Assembly: GCA_031256725.1 (NCBI GenBank)
Contig: JAIRQE010000012.1
Span: 1 to 32,000 of the forward strand
Direction of reading: 5' to 3'
DNA: 32,000 nucleotides
Source: Propionibacteriaceae bacterium
GTDB lineage: Bacteria; Actinomycetota; Actinomycetes; Propionibacteriales; Propionibacteriaceae
The notes under the pieces are model-generated. The model did no database searches, was not told the origin of the DNA, and saw only the letters and a list, made by a program, of their open reading frames with translations. Positions 8,914 through 17,134 of the stretch are shown here, piece by piece (the first letter of the stretch is position 1; every line of letters begins with the position of its first letter). Both the position numbers and the translations under genes were made by a program.

Positions 8914-9744
8914 GTAGGTGAAGAAACCTCGGGAAGTTTTGCGGCCTAGCCAGCCTGCACGTACCAGTTTGCGCAGCATCGGATGGGGGCGGTACTTGGG
9001 GTCACCAGTCTCTGATTGGAGTACTTCCATGATGGCCAGGCATATATCAAGGCCGACGAGATCACCCAGAGCTAGAGGTCCAATCGGATGATTGGCTCCC
9101 AATGTCATAGCCTCATCGATATCGGCTGCTGTCGCTGTACCTTCAGCTAATACTGCGACTGCCTCATTGATCATGGGGATGAGGATGCGGTTCACCACGA
9201 ACCCCGGGGCTTCGTGTACTCGTACTGGGGTCTTACCGAGGGCTGTAGCGATCTCGGTGACTGTGGACAAAGTACTCTCATCGGTGGACTGTCCGGCGAT
9301 AACCTCAATAAGTTTCATGATCGGTGCAGGGTTGAAGAAATGCATCCCCACAACCGCATGATTGAGTCCCTGGGATAGTTCTGTGATCGACAGTGAGGAT
9401 GTATTGGAGGCAAGGATAGCCCCATCTTTTGCTAGGGCATCAAGTTTCTCGAAGAGGGGGCGTTTGATTGCCATGGTCTCTAGAACAGCCTCGACGATGA
9501 GATCACAGTCCCCAAGGTCATCGACGTGAGAGGTCACTAGATTGGCTGCGATACGATTACGCTCTTCTTCGGTGAGTTTACCTCTGCTCACTTGCCGGTC
9601 CAGGCCGCTCATTTGGCGGGTACGTCCCTTCTCAGCCAGATCAAGATTCACATCAGCGAGTCTGGCTTCGAAACCCTCACTACGAGCGAAGACTTCAGCA
9701 ATTCCAGCACCCATGGTACCGGCTCCTATGATTCCTACACGCAT
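8905..9744 (-). CDS. hbd: 3-hydroxybutyryl-CoA dehydrogenase (NAD-dependent 3-hydroxyacyl-CoA dehydrogenase)
   Basis: Rossmann motif GIIGAGTMGAGIA, plus NTSSLSIT, HFFNPAP, PGFVVNRIL and the C-terminal GRKTSRGFFTY. The ORF starts at 9750 (MTMRV), but the second ATG at 9744 has better spacing to GGAAAGAG. Confidence 0.92.
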   Translation of the reverse strand: MRVGIIGAGTMGAGIAEVFARSEGFEARLADVNLDLAEKGRTRQMSGLDRQVSRGKLTEEERNRIAANLVTSHVDDLGDCDLIVEAVLETMAIKRPLFEKLDALAKDGAILASNTSSLSITELSQGLNHAVVGMHFFNPAPIMKLIEVIAGQSTDESTLSTVTEIATALGKTPVRVHEAPGFVVNRILIPMINEAVAVLAEGTATAADIDEAMTLGANHPIGPLALGDLVGLDICLAIMEVLQSETGDPKYRPHPMLRKLVRAGWLGRKTSRGFFTYDS

Positions 9745-9757
9745 GGTCATCTCTTTC

Positions 9758-10534
9758 CTAGTTGTCAGTGAAACCGGTTGGTTTACGCTTGTCTATGAAG
9801 GCTGCCATACCTTCAATCTGATCGTGGGTTTCGAAACAGGTACCGAAGTAGACGGCTTCCAGTGCGAGCCCTGAGTCCATGTCAGTGGCGAGTCCTAGGT
9901 CGATAGCGGCCTTAGCGACGCGTACTGCATAGGGAGCCTTGCTCGCAATCTCAGTTGCCATGGTGAAGGCAGTGGACATGAGTTTCTCGGGTTCAACAAC
10001 GGCATTGACCAGTCCAATTGCCAAAGCGCGGTCTGCTTTGAGGTTACGTCCAGTGAAAATTATCTCTTTAGCTAGTGCTACTCCGACGACCCGAGCTAGG
10101 CGTTGGGTACCTCCAAAGCCGGGGGTGATTCCGAGCCCGACTTCCGGTTGTCCGAAGATGGCTTTTGTTGAAGCCACGCGTATGTCGCAACTCAATGCCA
10201 ATTCGCAGCCTCCCCCGAGTGCGTACCCATTGACTGCTGCGATGGTGGGCATGGGTAGGGTCTCCAAGGTACGGAAAATCCTGTTGCCAAGCCGGGAGAA
10301 CTCTGCACCTTGACGAGAGGTCATTCCAGACATTTCGCCGATGTCACCACCAGCAACAAAGGCGCGGTCGCCCTCCCCAGTGATGAGTACGGCCCGTACC
10401 TCATTTGGACGAATCCCAGACAGAGTCTCACCAAGCTCAGTGAGTACCTCGGTGTTGAGAGCATTCAATGCTTCTGGGCGTGTGATAGTGAGTGTTGCCA
10501 CAGAGTCGGCAATCTCGAATCTTAGTACTGACAT
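9758..10534 (-). CDS. crt: Enoyl-CoA hydratase (crotonase)
   Basis: 258 aa with the crotonase fold: NALN, FVAGGDI, AAVNGYALGGGCELALSCDIR, FGQPEVGLGITPGFGGTQRL. RBS AAGGA. Confidence 0.92.
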   Translation of the reverse strand: MSVLRFEIADSVATLTITRPEALNALNTEVLTELGETLSGIRPNEVRAVLITGEGDRAFVAGGDIGEMSGMTSRQGAEFSRLGNRIFRTLETLPMPTIAAVNGYALGGGCELALSCDIRVASTKAIFGQPEVGLGITPGFGGTQRLARVVGVALAKEIIFTGRNLKADRALAIGLVNAVVEPEKLMSTAFTMATEIASKAPYAVRVAKAAIDLGLATDMDSGLALEAVYFGTCFETHDQIEGMAAFIDKRKPTGFTDN

Positions 10535-10546
10535 GGTTATCCTTGT

Positions 10547-11734
10547 CTAGATCTTTTCGAAGACAGTGGCGATACCCATGCCGCCACCGATGCATAGGGT
10601 TGCGAGTCCCCGTTGAGCGTCATCACGTTTGGCCATCTCATGCAAGAGAGTGACAATGATTCGTGCCCCTGATGCTCCAATGGGATGACCCAGGGCAATG
10701 GCCCCACCGTTTACATTGAGTTTGTTGATGTCCAAGCCCAGATCCTTGGTGACTGCTGCAGCTTGAGCAGCGAAGGCTTCATTTGCTTCAACCAGGTCAC
10801 AATCATCAATTGTTAACCCAGCGGCAGTGAGTGCTTTGCGTGAAGCTTCGATGGGGCCTACACCCATGATGGAGGGGTCCACTCCAGCTTGTCCCCAGCC
10901 GATGAGTCGGGCCATGGGCTTCAATCCCAAACGCTCTACTACGTGGGCACTAGCGAGGATTAGAGCAGCGGCACCGTCGTTGATTCCTGAGGAGTTTCCT
11001 GCTGTGACACGGCCATCCGGTGTGAAGGCTGGCTTGAGTTTTCTAAGGGTTTCTGCTGATGTGGCGCGAGGGTATTCATCGGTGTCGAAGAGGATTTCTT
11101 CCCTCTTGACTGTGAGGGGTACAGGTACGATCTCATCGTGGAATCGGTTGGCTCTGAGAGCTTCATCTGCACGGGTTTGGGAGCGTAGAGCAATCTCATC
11201 CATGTCTTCACGGCTGATGTCCCATCCATCTGCCACATTCTCAGCAGTGATACCCATATGGTACCCTTCGAAGGAATCCAGGAGTCCATCTGTCAGCATT
11301 GTGTCAGATAGTTCACTGTGACCCATGCGGGCACCCCACCTGGCTGTTGTGGATAGGAATCCTGCATTCGACATGGATTCTGTACCACCAACCACGATGA
11401 TCTCAGCGTCCCCAGCACGGATGGCACGGGCTGCCTCGACGACAGTTTTCATACCTGATCCACAGACCATATTGAGTGTCATGGCTGGTACTGTCACGGG
11501 AATTCCCGCTTTGACTGCGATCTGACGGGCGATGTTTTGTCCGAGTCCCGCCGAAAGAACACACCCCAGGATAACTTCGTCGATGTCCTTAGGTGTGATT
11601 CCTGCTCGGGTTATAGATTCAGTGACCACAAGGGTACCAAGGTCTACAGCCGGGGTGTCCTTTAACGTCCCGCCAAAGGATCCAATGGGGGTTCGACAAG
11701 CTGAAAGGACGTAAATGTCTTGGGATGTGTTCAT
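10547..11734 (-). CDS. thl: Acetyl-CoA C-acetyltransferase (thiolase II)
   Basis: 395 aa: CRTPIGSFGG, active-site VCGSGM, NEAFAAQ, GHPIGASGARI, CIGGGMGIA. Confidence 0.93.
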   Translation of the reverse strand: MNTSQDIYVLSACRTPIGSFGGTLKDTPAVDLGTLVVTESITRAGITPKDIDEVILGCVLSAGLGQNIARQIAVKAGIPVTVPAMTLNMVCGSGMKTVVEAARAIRAGDAEIIVVGGTESMSNAGFLSTTARWGARMGHSELSDTMLTDGLLDSFEGYHMGITAENVADGWDISREDMDEIALRSQTRADEALRANRFHDEIVPVPLTVKREEILFDTDEYPRATSAETLRKLKPAFTPDGRVTAGNSSGINDGAAALILASAHVVERLGLKPMARLIGWGQAGVDPSIMGVGPIEASRKALTAAGLTIDDCDLVEANEAFAAQAAAVTKDLGLDINKLNVNGGAIALGHPIGASGARIIVTLLHEMAKRDDAQRGLATLCIGGGMGIATVFEKI

Positions 11735-11752
11735 GTTTTTCCTTATGATTGA

Positions 11753-12040
11753 TTAGCCGTCGCGGAATTGCACTCCGAAACCACCGCGCGGATAGCGCCA
11801 TGTCAGAACGCCGGGGGAGGCTATAGCTAGGCAGGTACCACACTCCAGGCATCCGGCATACTCAATGAGTACCGAGTCATCCTCAGACAGTGAGTACACC
11901 CCTGCTGGGCACGCTGCGATGATTCTCTCAGCTGTACCCGTACTACGAGCCAAATCTTGATCAATAGTGATATGTGAACATTCCTCGTCGAGGTGGAACC
12001 GGTTACCGGCTAGACGCTCGGCTATGGATGGGAGTTTCAT
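11753..12040 (-). CDS. fixX: Ferredoxin-like protein FixX/YdiT
   Basis: 95 aa, collinear with E. coli FixX/YdiT: ACPAGVY, YAGCLECGTC, YPRGGFGVQFRDG (cf. YPRGTFGVEFRYG). 4-bp overlap with fixC. Confidence 0.9.
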   Translation of the reverse strand: MKLPSIAERLAGNRFHLDEECSHITIDQDLARSTGTAERIIAACPAGVYSLSEDDSVLIEYAGCLECGTCLAIASPGVLTWRYPRGGFGVQFRDG

Positions 12041-13329
12041 AGTGCCCTCATTCCAGCGAATCCATCTTTGACGAGTTGCGTGAGACCGATGCCTGAGTTC
12101 TTGAGTGCCTGGTGAGCAGTGGCAAGAAGATGACGGTGTGGCGTGGTATCAAGGTTGAAGACTCCGTGTAGCACGTCAGCCAAGAGTTGCCCGTAGTCGC
12201 CATAAAGGCGCTGGTTTTCCAGGAAATGCGGGGCCTTAGAGTAGAGCTTCATATCTTGGCCAACAAAAGACTGGGACAGGTATGTTGTGTAGTTGGCCAA
12301 CCCATGAGCTGAGGTGTCGCCTTTCGCAAGTGCTTCGATGACAGCCTGCGCTGAGGCCACAGCAGATCCGAGTGCCAGGTCCATTCCGCGTATAGTCAAA
12401 CCGGTATTAAGCGTCAATCCAGCTGCATCGCCAGCGATGACTAACCCGTCGAAAACGAGTGGACCCATCATGGCTTGTCCGCCTTCATTGACCAGGTGAC
12501 ATCCGTACTCCAATAGCTCCCCACCACGTAGTAGTGCATCAATATAGGGATGGGTGAGATAGTGGTCGAAGACATCAACACTGCGGCGTTGAGAGGCAAC
12601 CAGTTCATCAAGTCTGAGGACGATCCCCACTGAGATCGTTTCAGTATTGGTGTAGAGGAAGCCGCCACCTGCGAGCCCTTGGGTACAGTCCCCAACGATT
12701 GCATAAGCCACACCCTGATCTGTACTCAGATCGAAGCGTTCCTCAATCACAGAAGAACCGAGTTTGATGAGAGCTTTGATCCCGACTGCTTGTTGGGTTG
12801 TTGTGGGTTGGGGGCGAAGCCCAGCATCGCGGGCCAGGAAAGAGTTGGCTCCATCTGCAGCAATGACCACATGAGAACGCAGTTGCTCATCTCCTGCCAC
12901 TACGCCGACGATTCGTCCATTCTCACGCAAAAGTGAGTCCACTCGTACCCCTGTCATAACCATCGCACCAGCAGATTCAGCCTGGTCGGCTAGCCAGGAA
13001 TCCAGGTGGGCTCGAAGGACCGTGACTGCCGTACCAGCGTCGTAGAGTCGATGGTCGCCATAATCCAAGCCGACCCAGGAGTTCTCATTGAGGAAGATGA
13101 TCTTATTTCGGTCGATTTTGCGTTCAATAGGGGCGTCGTTGAGGAAGGTGGGAAAGATGTCGGTCAAAACCCGAGGGTACAAAACTGCGCCAGAGAGATT
13201 CTTCGACCCAGCTGATTCTCCTCGCTCAATGAGCACTACTGATAAACCAGCTTGAGCTAGTTGATAAGCAGCAACGCTTCCGGCGATACCAGCGCCGACA
13301 ACAATCACATCGAAGTCAGGTTCGGTCAT
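12037..13329 (-). CDS. fixC: FAD-dependent oxidoreductase FixC/YdiS (ETF:quinone-oxidoreductase-like)
   Basis: 430 aa. FAD fold DVIVVGAGIAGSVAAYQLAQAG, with a length and context (between fixB and fixX, translationally coupled at both ends) typical of FixC. Confidence 0.88.
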   Translation of the reverse strand: MTEPDFDVIVVGAGIAGSVAAYQLAQAGLSVVLIERGESAGSKNLSGAVLYPRVLTDIFPTFLNDAPIERKIDRNKIIFLNENSWVGLDYGDHRLYDAGTAVTVLRAHLDSWLADQAESAGAMVMTGVRVDSLLRENGRIVGVVAGDEQLRSHVVIAADGANSFLARDAGLRPQPTTTQQAVGIKALIKLGSSVIEERFDLSTDQGVAYAIVGDCTQGLAGGGFLYTNTETISVGIVLRLDELVASQRRSVDVFDHYLTHPYIDALLRGGELLEYGCHLVNEGGQAMMGPLVFDGLVIAGDAAGLTLNTGLTIRGMDLALGSAVASAQAVIEALAKGDTSAHGLANYTTYLSQSFVGQDMKLYSKAPHFLENQRLYGDYGQLLADVLHGVFNLDTTPHRHLLATAHQALKNSGIGLTQLVKDGFAGMRAL

Positions 13330-14231
13330 GATTTCTCCAAGGCAGCGCTCAGCGCTGGTACTAAGGCGTAGAGATCACCAGTAAGAATATAATCGGAGTC
13401 CTGGGTGACGAGAGCATCCTTATCGTTGTTAATGGATACAATCACCTTTGAGGCTCGGCATCCACTGACGTGTTGCAACTGCCCCGAGATACCGATCATG
13501 ATGTAAAGATCGGGTGCAATATGTGCCCCAGAAACTCCGATGTACCGGTCGCGTGGGAGCCAATCCAACCCCTCTGACAAGGGTCGGGAGCATCCAATCT
13601 CTGCGTTCAAGCGTGTAGCCAGTGCCTCCACGAGTCCAAGATCCTCACTGCGTTTGAGGCCACGACCGACACCGACAACACGAGAGGCGGTATCCAAATC
13701 GACACTGGCGACTTCAGGAGGTGTCAACGAGGTGACTGTGATGGTGGTGGGGGTGGCGCTACGAGTTTCAATGACCGCAGTACCTCCACCAACAACGGGT
13801 GCACCTCCATCAATCTGCATAGCGATCGGACCCTCAAACTGGGTGGTGGCCACCGCAATTCCGCCATAGATGCCGTGCTTGATCACTACGGTTTCATTGT
13901 TGAAGGACACCGATTGAACACCCGTGATTATAGGGGCCATGATTGAGGCAGCAACCGTACCTAAGAACACACGTTCACTAGGTCGACGTCCAGCCAGGAC
14001 AACCCCAGGATCATCGGCGACAATAGCGGCCACGGAACTCGCGAAGGCTTCGATTCCATGGTTGCCTGGGTCACCCAACCAGATGACCTCATCCACGCCA
14101 GGACAGGCTGCTACCTGGGTGAGATCCTTGGACCCAACTACCACAGCAACCACAGGTTGCCCCCATGTGGCTGCTTGTTCAACAAGTCCGCCGACCCCGG
14201 GATCGTTGGCGACAAGAATATAGGTCTTCAT
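13326..14231 (-). CDS. fixB: Electron transfer flavoprotein alpha subunit, FixB/YdiR type
   Basis: 301 aa, collinear with E. coli FixB: VDLDTASRVVGVGRGL (cf. VDLDKARLVVSVGRGI), IGCSRPL, RYIGVSG, LYIMIGISGQLQH (cf. LYLAVGISGQIQH), LVPALSAAL. RBS AGGAGGA. Confidence 0.9.
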   Translation of the reverse strand: MKTYILVANDPGVGGLVEQAATWGQPVVAVVVGSKDLTQVAACPGVDEVIWLGDPGNHGIEAFASSVAAIVADDPGVVLAGRRPSERVFLGTVAASIMAPIITGVQSVSFNNETVVIKHGIYGGIAVATTQFEGPIAMQIDGGAPVVGGGTAVIETRSATPTTITVTSLTPPEVASVDLDTASRVVGVGRGLKRSEDLGLVEALATRLNAEIGCSRPLSEGLDWLPRDRYIGVSGAHIAPDLYIMIGISGQLQHVSGCRASKVIVSINNDKDALVTQDSDYILTGDLYALVPALSAALEKS

Positions 14232-14240
14232 ATCTTCCTC

Positions 14241-15020
14241 CTATGCGTCGAGTGCACCAGCAGCACGTAGCGCGGATACCAACTCGGCTGCAGCTTGGGC
14301 AGGGTCTTCAGTGTTGATGCGAATCTGTTGACGAGATGGACCAGCCATCTTCTCAACTGAGAGAATCTCCCCTTCACCAGGTAGCCTTACTCCAAGATCA
14401 AGGAGGGATACCACTCGCGCTGGTTTCTTTCCAGCAGACAGAACATCTTTCATACCTGGTACCTTGGCTTTCACAGCATCGGAGGTAACTCCTACCAGCA
14501 CAGGGCCATGTAGGTGAAGTCCTTGAATCCCCTCAGGGATGGTCCGCTCAATGGTCAGTGAGTCTCCATCCATGGTGACCTTCATGACATCGGTCACACA
14601 TGGCCAACCCAGCAATCCCGCCAATACTGCGACCAGAGTTTTCGAACCTGAATCGAGGGAGGAATCACCAGTGAGGAGCAGTCCAACGTCACCGAGGTTG
14701 TCAATGGCTGCCTTGAGGGTGACGGCAGTTGCTAGAGTACCTGCGGAATCCAGGCCAGGATCGCTGACAACGAAGACTTCGTGGAGCCCACGAGCCAAGG
14801 CCGCCTTCGTGGCGATAGCGGTGGCAACAGCTTCACCTCCAGCGCTGATCCCAATCAGTTCAGCACCTGTTGCCTCAGCAAGGTGGCACCCCATCTCAAT
14901 TGCGACCGCATCGTAATCACTGATAGTTGGTTTAGCGCGACTGAAGTCGATTTTTCCATCAGAACTCACCAGCGCTTCTTGTGGGTCACATGCCCACTGA
15001 TACGCCACAACGATTCTCAT
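14241..15020 (-). CDS. fixA: Electron transfer flavoprotein beta subunit, FixA/YdiQ type
   Basis: 259 aa, collinear with E. coli FixA: SSDGKIDFSRAKPTISDYDAVAIE (cf. [24 protein letters not shown]), LLLTGDSSLD, PGMKDVLSAGKKP (cf. PSMKAILGAAKKP). RBS AGGAG. Confidence 0.9.
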   Translation of the reverse strand: MRIVVAYQWACDPQEALVSSDGKIDFSRAKPTISDYDAVAIEMGCHLAEATGAELIGISAGGEAVATAIATKAALARGLHEVFVVSDPGLDSAGTLATAVTLKAAIDNLGDVGLLLTGDSSLDSGSKTLVAVLAGLLGWPCVTDVMKVTMDGDSLTIERTIPEGIQGLHLHGPVLVGVTSDAVKAKVPGMKDVLSAGKKPARVVSLLDLGVRLPGEGEILSVEKMAGPSRQQIRINTEDPAQAAAELVSALRAAGALDA

Positions 15021-15029
15021 CTCGTACTC

Positions 15030-16166
15030 CTAGCGTAGGAAGGACCGGCCAATGACCAGGCGTTGAATCTCAGAGGTACCTTCGTAGATCTCGGTGATCT
15101 TCGCATCGCGATAGGCGCGCTCTACGGGGTAGGCCTCGGTATAACCATTGCCACCATGGATTTGAATGGCTTTACCAGCGACTGCCGAAGCCATCTCGCC
15201 ACAGAACAACTTGGCCTGAGCAGCCGCGATACCATGGGGGATGCCACGGTCTTCAAGGTCGGCAGCCTGATAGACCAAGAGACGGCCAGCATCAATGGAG
15301 GTTGCCATATCAGCGATCATCCACTGGATAGCTTGTAGTGCTGCGAGAGGTTTGCCGAACTGTACACGCTGTTGGGCGTAGTCAATGGCAGCTTCGAAGG
15401 CGCCTTGAGCGATACCGACAGCTTGGGCTGCAATGCCAGTACGTCCGCCATCAAGGGTGGCCATCGCAATTTCGAATCCCTGTCCTTCTCGACCGAGCAG
15501 ATTGGTAGCAGGGATACGTACATCTGAGAACATCAGCGGGGGAGTACTTGATCCGCGAATACCGAGTTTGCGCTCACCTTCGCCGATGGTGAATCCGGGG
15601 GTATCTCGATCAACTATGAAGGCGGAGATCCCCTTCGTTCCTGGAGCCTCCGTGCTGCGAGCAAACACGATGAATACCTCAGAATAGCCACCACCTGTAA
15701 TGAAAACCTTCTGTCCGTTCAACACGAACTCGTCCCCATCTCGGCGAGCAGTTGTTGCCAGAGCACCAGCATCAGAACCAGCTCCAGGCTCGGTTAATCC
15801 GAAGGCACCCATCTTTACGCCAGAGGCGAGATCGGGGAGGTAACGTTGCTTGTGTTCCTCGGTACCGAAGTGAACGATCGGCCAGGTACATAGGGAGGAA
15901 TGTGCCTCAACCATGACCCCTGTTGTTGCACAACACCGGGACAGTTCCTCAATGACAACACAGTAACTGACGCTATCCATCTCAGTTCCGCCGTACTGTT
16001 CTGGAATCAATATTCCCAGTAATCCGAGTTCTGCTAATTTGGGAATCGTCTCCAATGGAGGACGGTGGTCCCTGTCTATTTCTGCTGCGAGAGGGGCAAC
16101 CTCTGCTTCAGAAAACTCCCGTACCGAAGAGCGAATCAGCTCTTGTTCATCTGTCAATCCGAACAT
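15030..16166 (-). CDS. bcd: Short-chain (butyryl-CoA-type) acyl-CoA dehydrogenase
   Basis: Classical ACAD motifs: GAFGLTEPGAGSD, GRTGIAAQAVGIAQGA, QIHGGNGYTEAYPVERAYRDAKITEIYEGTSEIQ (C-terminal catalytic Glu). The ORF opens at 16205, but the ATG at 16166 (MFGLTDEQ) has GAAGGGAG 8 nt upstream and gives a family-typical 378 aa. Confidence 0.92.
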   Translation of the reverse strand: MFGLTDEQELIRSSVREFSEAEVAPLAAEIDRDHRPPLETIPKLAELGLLGILIPEQYGGTEMDSVSYCVVIEELSRCCATTGVMVEAHSSLCTWPIVHFGTEEHKQRYLPDLASGVKMGAFGLTEPGAGSDAGALATTARRDGDEFVLNGQKVFITGGGYSEVFIVFARSTEAPGTKGISAFIVDRDTPGFTIGEGERKLGIRGSSTPPLMFSDVRIPATNLLGREGQGFEIAMATLDGGRTGIAAQAVGIAQGAFEAAIDYAQQRVQFGKPLAALQAIQWMIADMATSIDAGRLLVYQAADLEDRGIPHGIAAAQAKLFCGEMASAVAGKAIQIHGGNGYTEAYPVERAYRDAKITEIYEGTSEIQRLVIGRSFLR

Positions 16167-16189
16167 CGGATTTGCTCCCTTCATTGAAT

Positions 16190-16205
16190 ATGACAACCTT
16201 GTCAC
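16190..16205. promoter_or_regulatory. Candidate operator, site C: ATGACA-ACCT-TGTCAC
   Basis: Read directly. It lies 24-39 nt upstream of the preferred bcd start and belongs to the four-member ATGACA-N4-TGTCAY family (see findings). Confidence 0.5.
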
Positions 16206-16274
16206 TATCTAAGCGTTATGACTACCCTTCTGTCAATATATTCGACTAAAATGAGCGTATTTTGTGAAGATCAC

Positions 16275-16298
16275 ATTTATGACACTGGCGTCATAAAT
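16275..16298. promoter_or_regulatory. Candidate operator, site D: ATTTATGAC-ACTGGC-GTCATAAAT (core ATGACA-CTGG-CGTCAT at 16279-16294)
   Basis: Perfect 9-bp inverted arms with a 6-bp spacer, read directly. It lies 6 bp downstream of the hydrolase stop and ~110 bp upstream of bcd. A consensus TTGACA (minus strand, 16231-16236) lies between sites D and C, but I could not assign a convincing -10. Confidence 0.5.
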
Positions 16299-16303
16299 GA
16301 GTT

Positions 16304-17122
16304 CTAATCGATGAGAATTTCCGAGGTGGGGGAGTTGATGAAACCAAGAACAGCTGAGGTGAATTCGACGGGTTTCTCGTACATGGCCGCATGTCCACAA
16401 TCCTGAATGATCAGATGGGCCGCACCCACGATACCCGCAACCAACTCACTTTGATTGGGTAAGGGGGTCACGAAATCCCATTGGGATGAAATAACCAGAG
16501 TTTGTGCGGCGATCCTGGCCAGGTTACCTCGCTCATCATGGGTTTCAGCGCTACGAGTTAAACGGGCAAACCCATCGTAGATTTCTGGCGTGAAGGCGCG
16601 AACAAAGAGTTCCTCACGATGAGCGGCCCATTCTTGGTGGGACTCATAGAAATCCGGGGAATAGACCACAGGGATACAGGTCTTGAAGAACTGATGCCCG
16701 TCGTGGGAGGCCATCGCGTACTCCCAGGAGTGTCCCATCTCGCGTAGCCATGCTGAGGTATATGCCGTGGTATTTGCAAGAACTAACTTGTTTACTCGCT
16801 GCGGATGACGTCCAGCGACCCTTATGGCGATCTCGCCGCCATAAGAGATCCCGCAAATACTGGTCTTGTCCAGTTCCAGGTGATCAAGGAAGGCGAGAAC
16901 AAGTCGTTCCTGGAGATCCTGGGTGTACTCGTAGTCAACTTTTGTTGACATGCCCTGATCAATCAGATCGACCATGAGGAGGCGATTATGGGATGAGAAA
17001 GCAGGAACGAAGGCTTGCCAGGATAGACATGACATGAAGATCCCATTAAGAATGAGCAGAGGTTCTCCTTGCCCATGATCTTCGTAGTAGATGATCATGG
17101 ATTCGAATTCGAATGTTGCCAC
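16304..17122 (-). CDS. Alpha/beta-fold hydrolase (serine hydrolase; specificity unknown)
   Basis: 272 aa with a GTG start and AAGGA RBS. HG-type oxyanion region LLILNGIFMS, nucleophile elbow GISYGG, C-terminal catalytic His in DCGHAAMYEKP. It resembles the MhpC/BphD/enol-lactonase-like subgroup by eye. Confidence 0.8.
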   Translation of the reverse strand: MATFEFESMIIYYEDHGQGEPLLILNGIFMSCLSWQAFVPAFSSHNRLLMVDLIDQGMSTKVDYEYTQDLQERLVLAFLDHLELDKTSICGISYGGEIAIRVAGRHPQRVNKLVLANTTAYTSAWLREMGHSWEYAMASHDGHQFFKTCIPVVYSPDFYESHQEWAAHREELFVRAFTPEIYDGFARLTRSAETHDERGNLARIAAQTLVISSQWDFVTPLPNQSELVAGIVGAAHLIIQDCGHAAMYEKPVEFTSAVLGFINSPTSEILID

Positions 17123-17134
17123 AGCGATTCCTTT

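Noticed and set aside
16218-16236. A fifth palindrome-like element, ATGACT-ACCCTTC-TGTCAA, between operator sites C and D.
   Set aside because: The half-sites resemble the motif, but the spacing is 3-4 bp longer than in the four good sites. Its right half doubles as a consensus TTGACA -35 on the minus strand. It was not counted as a site.
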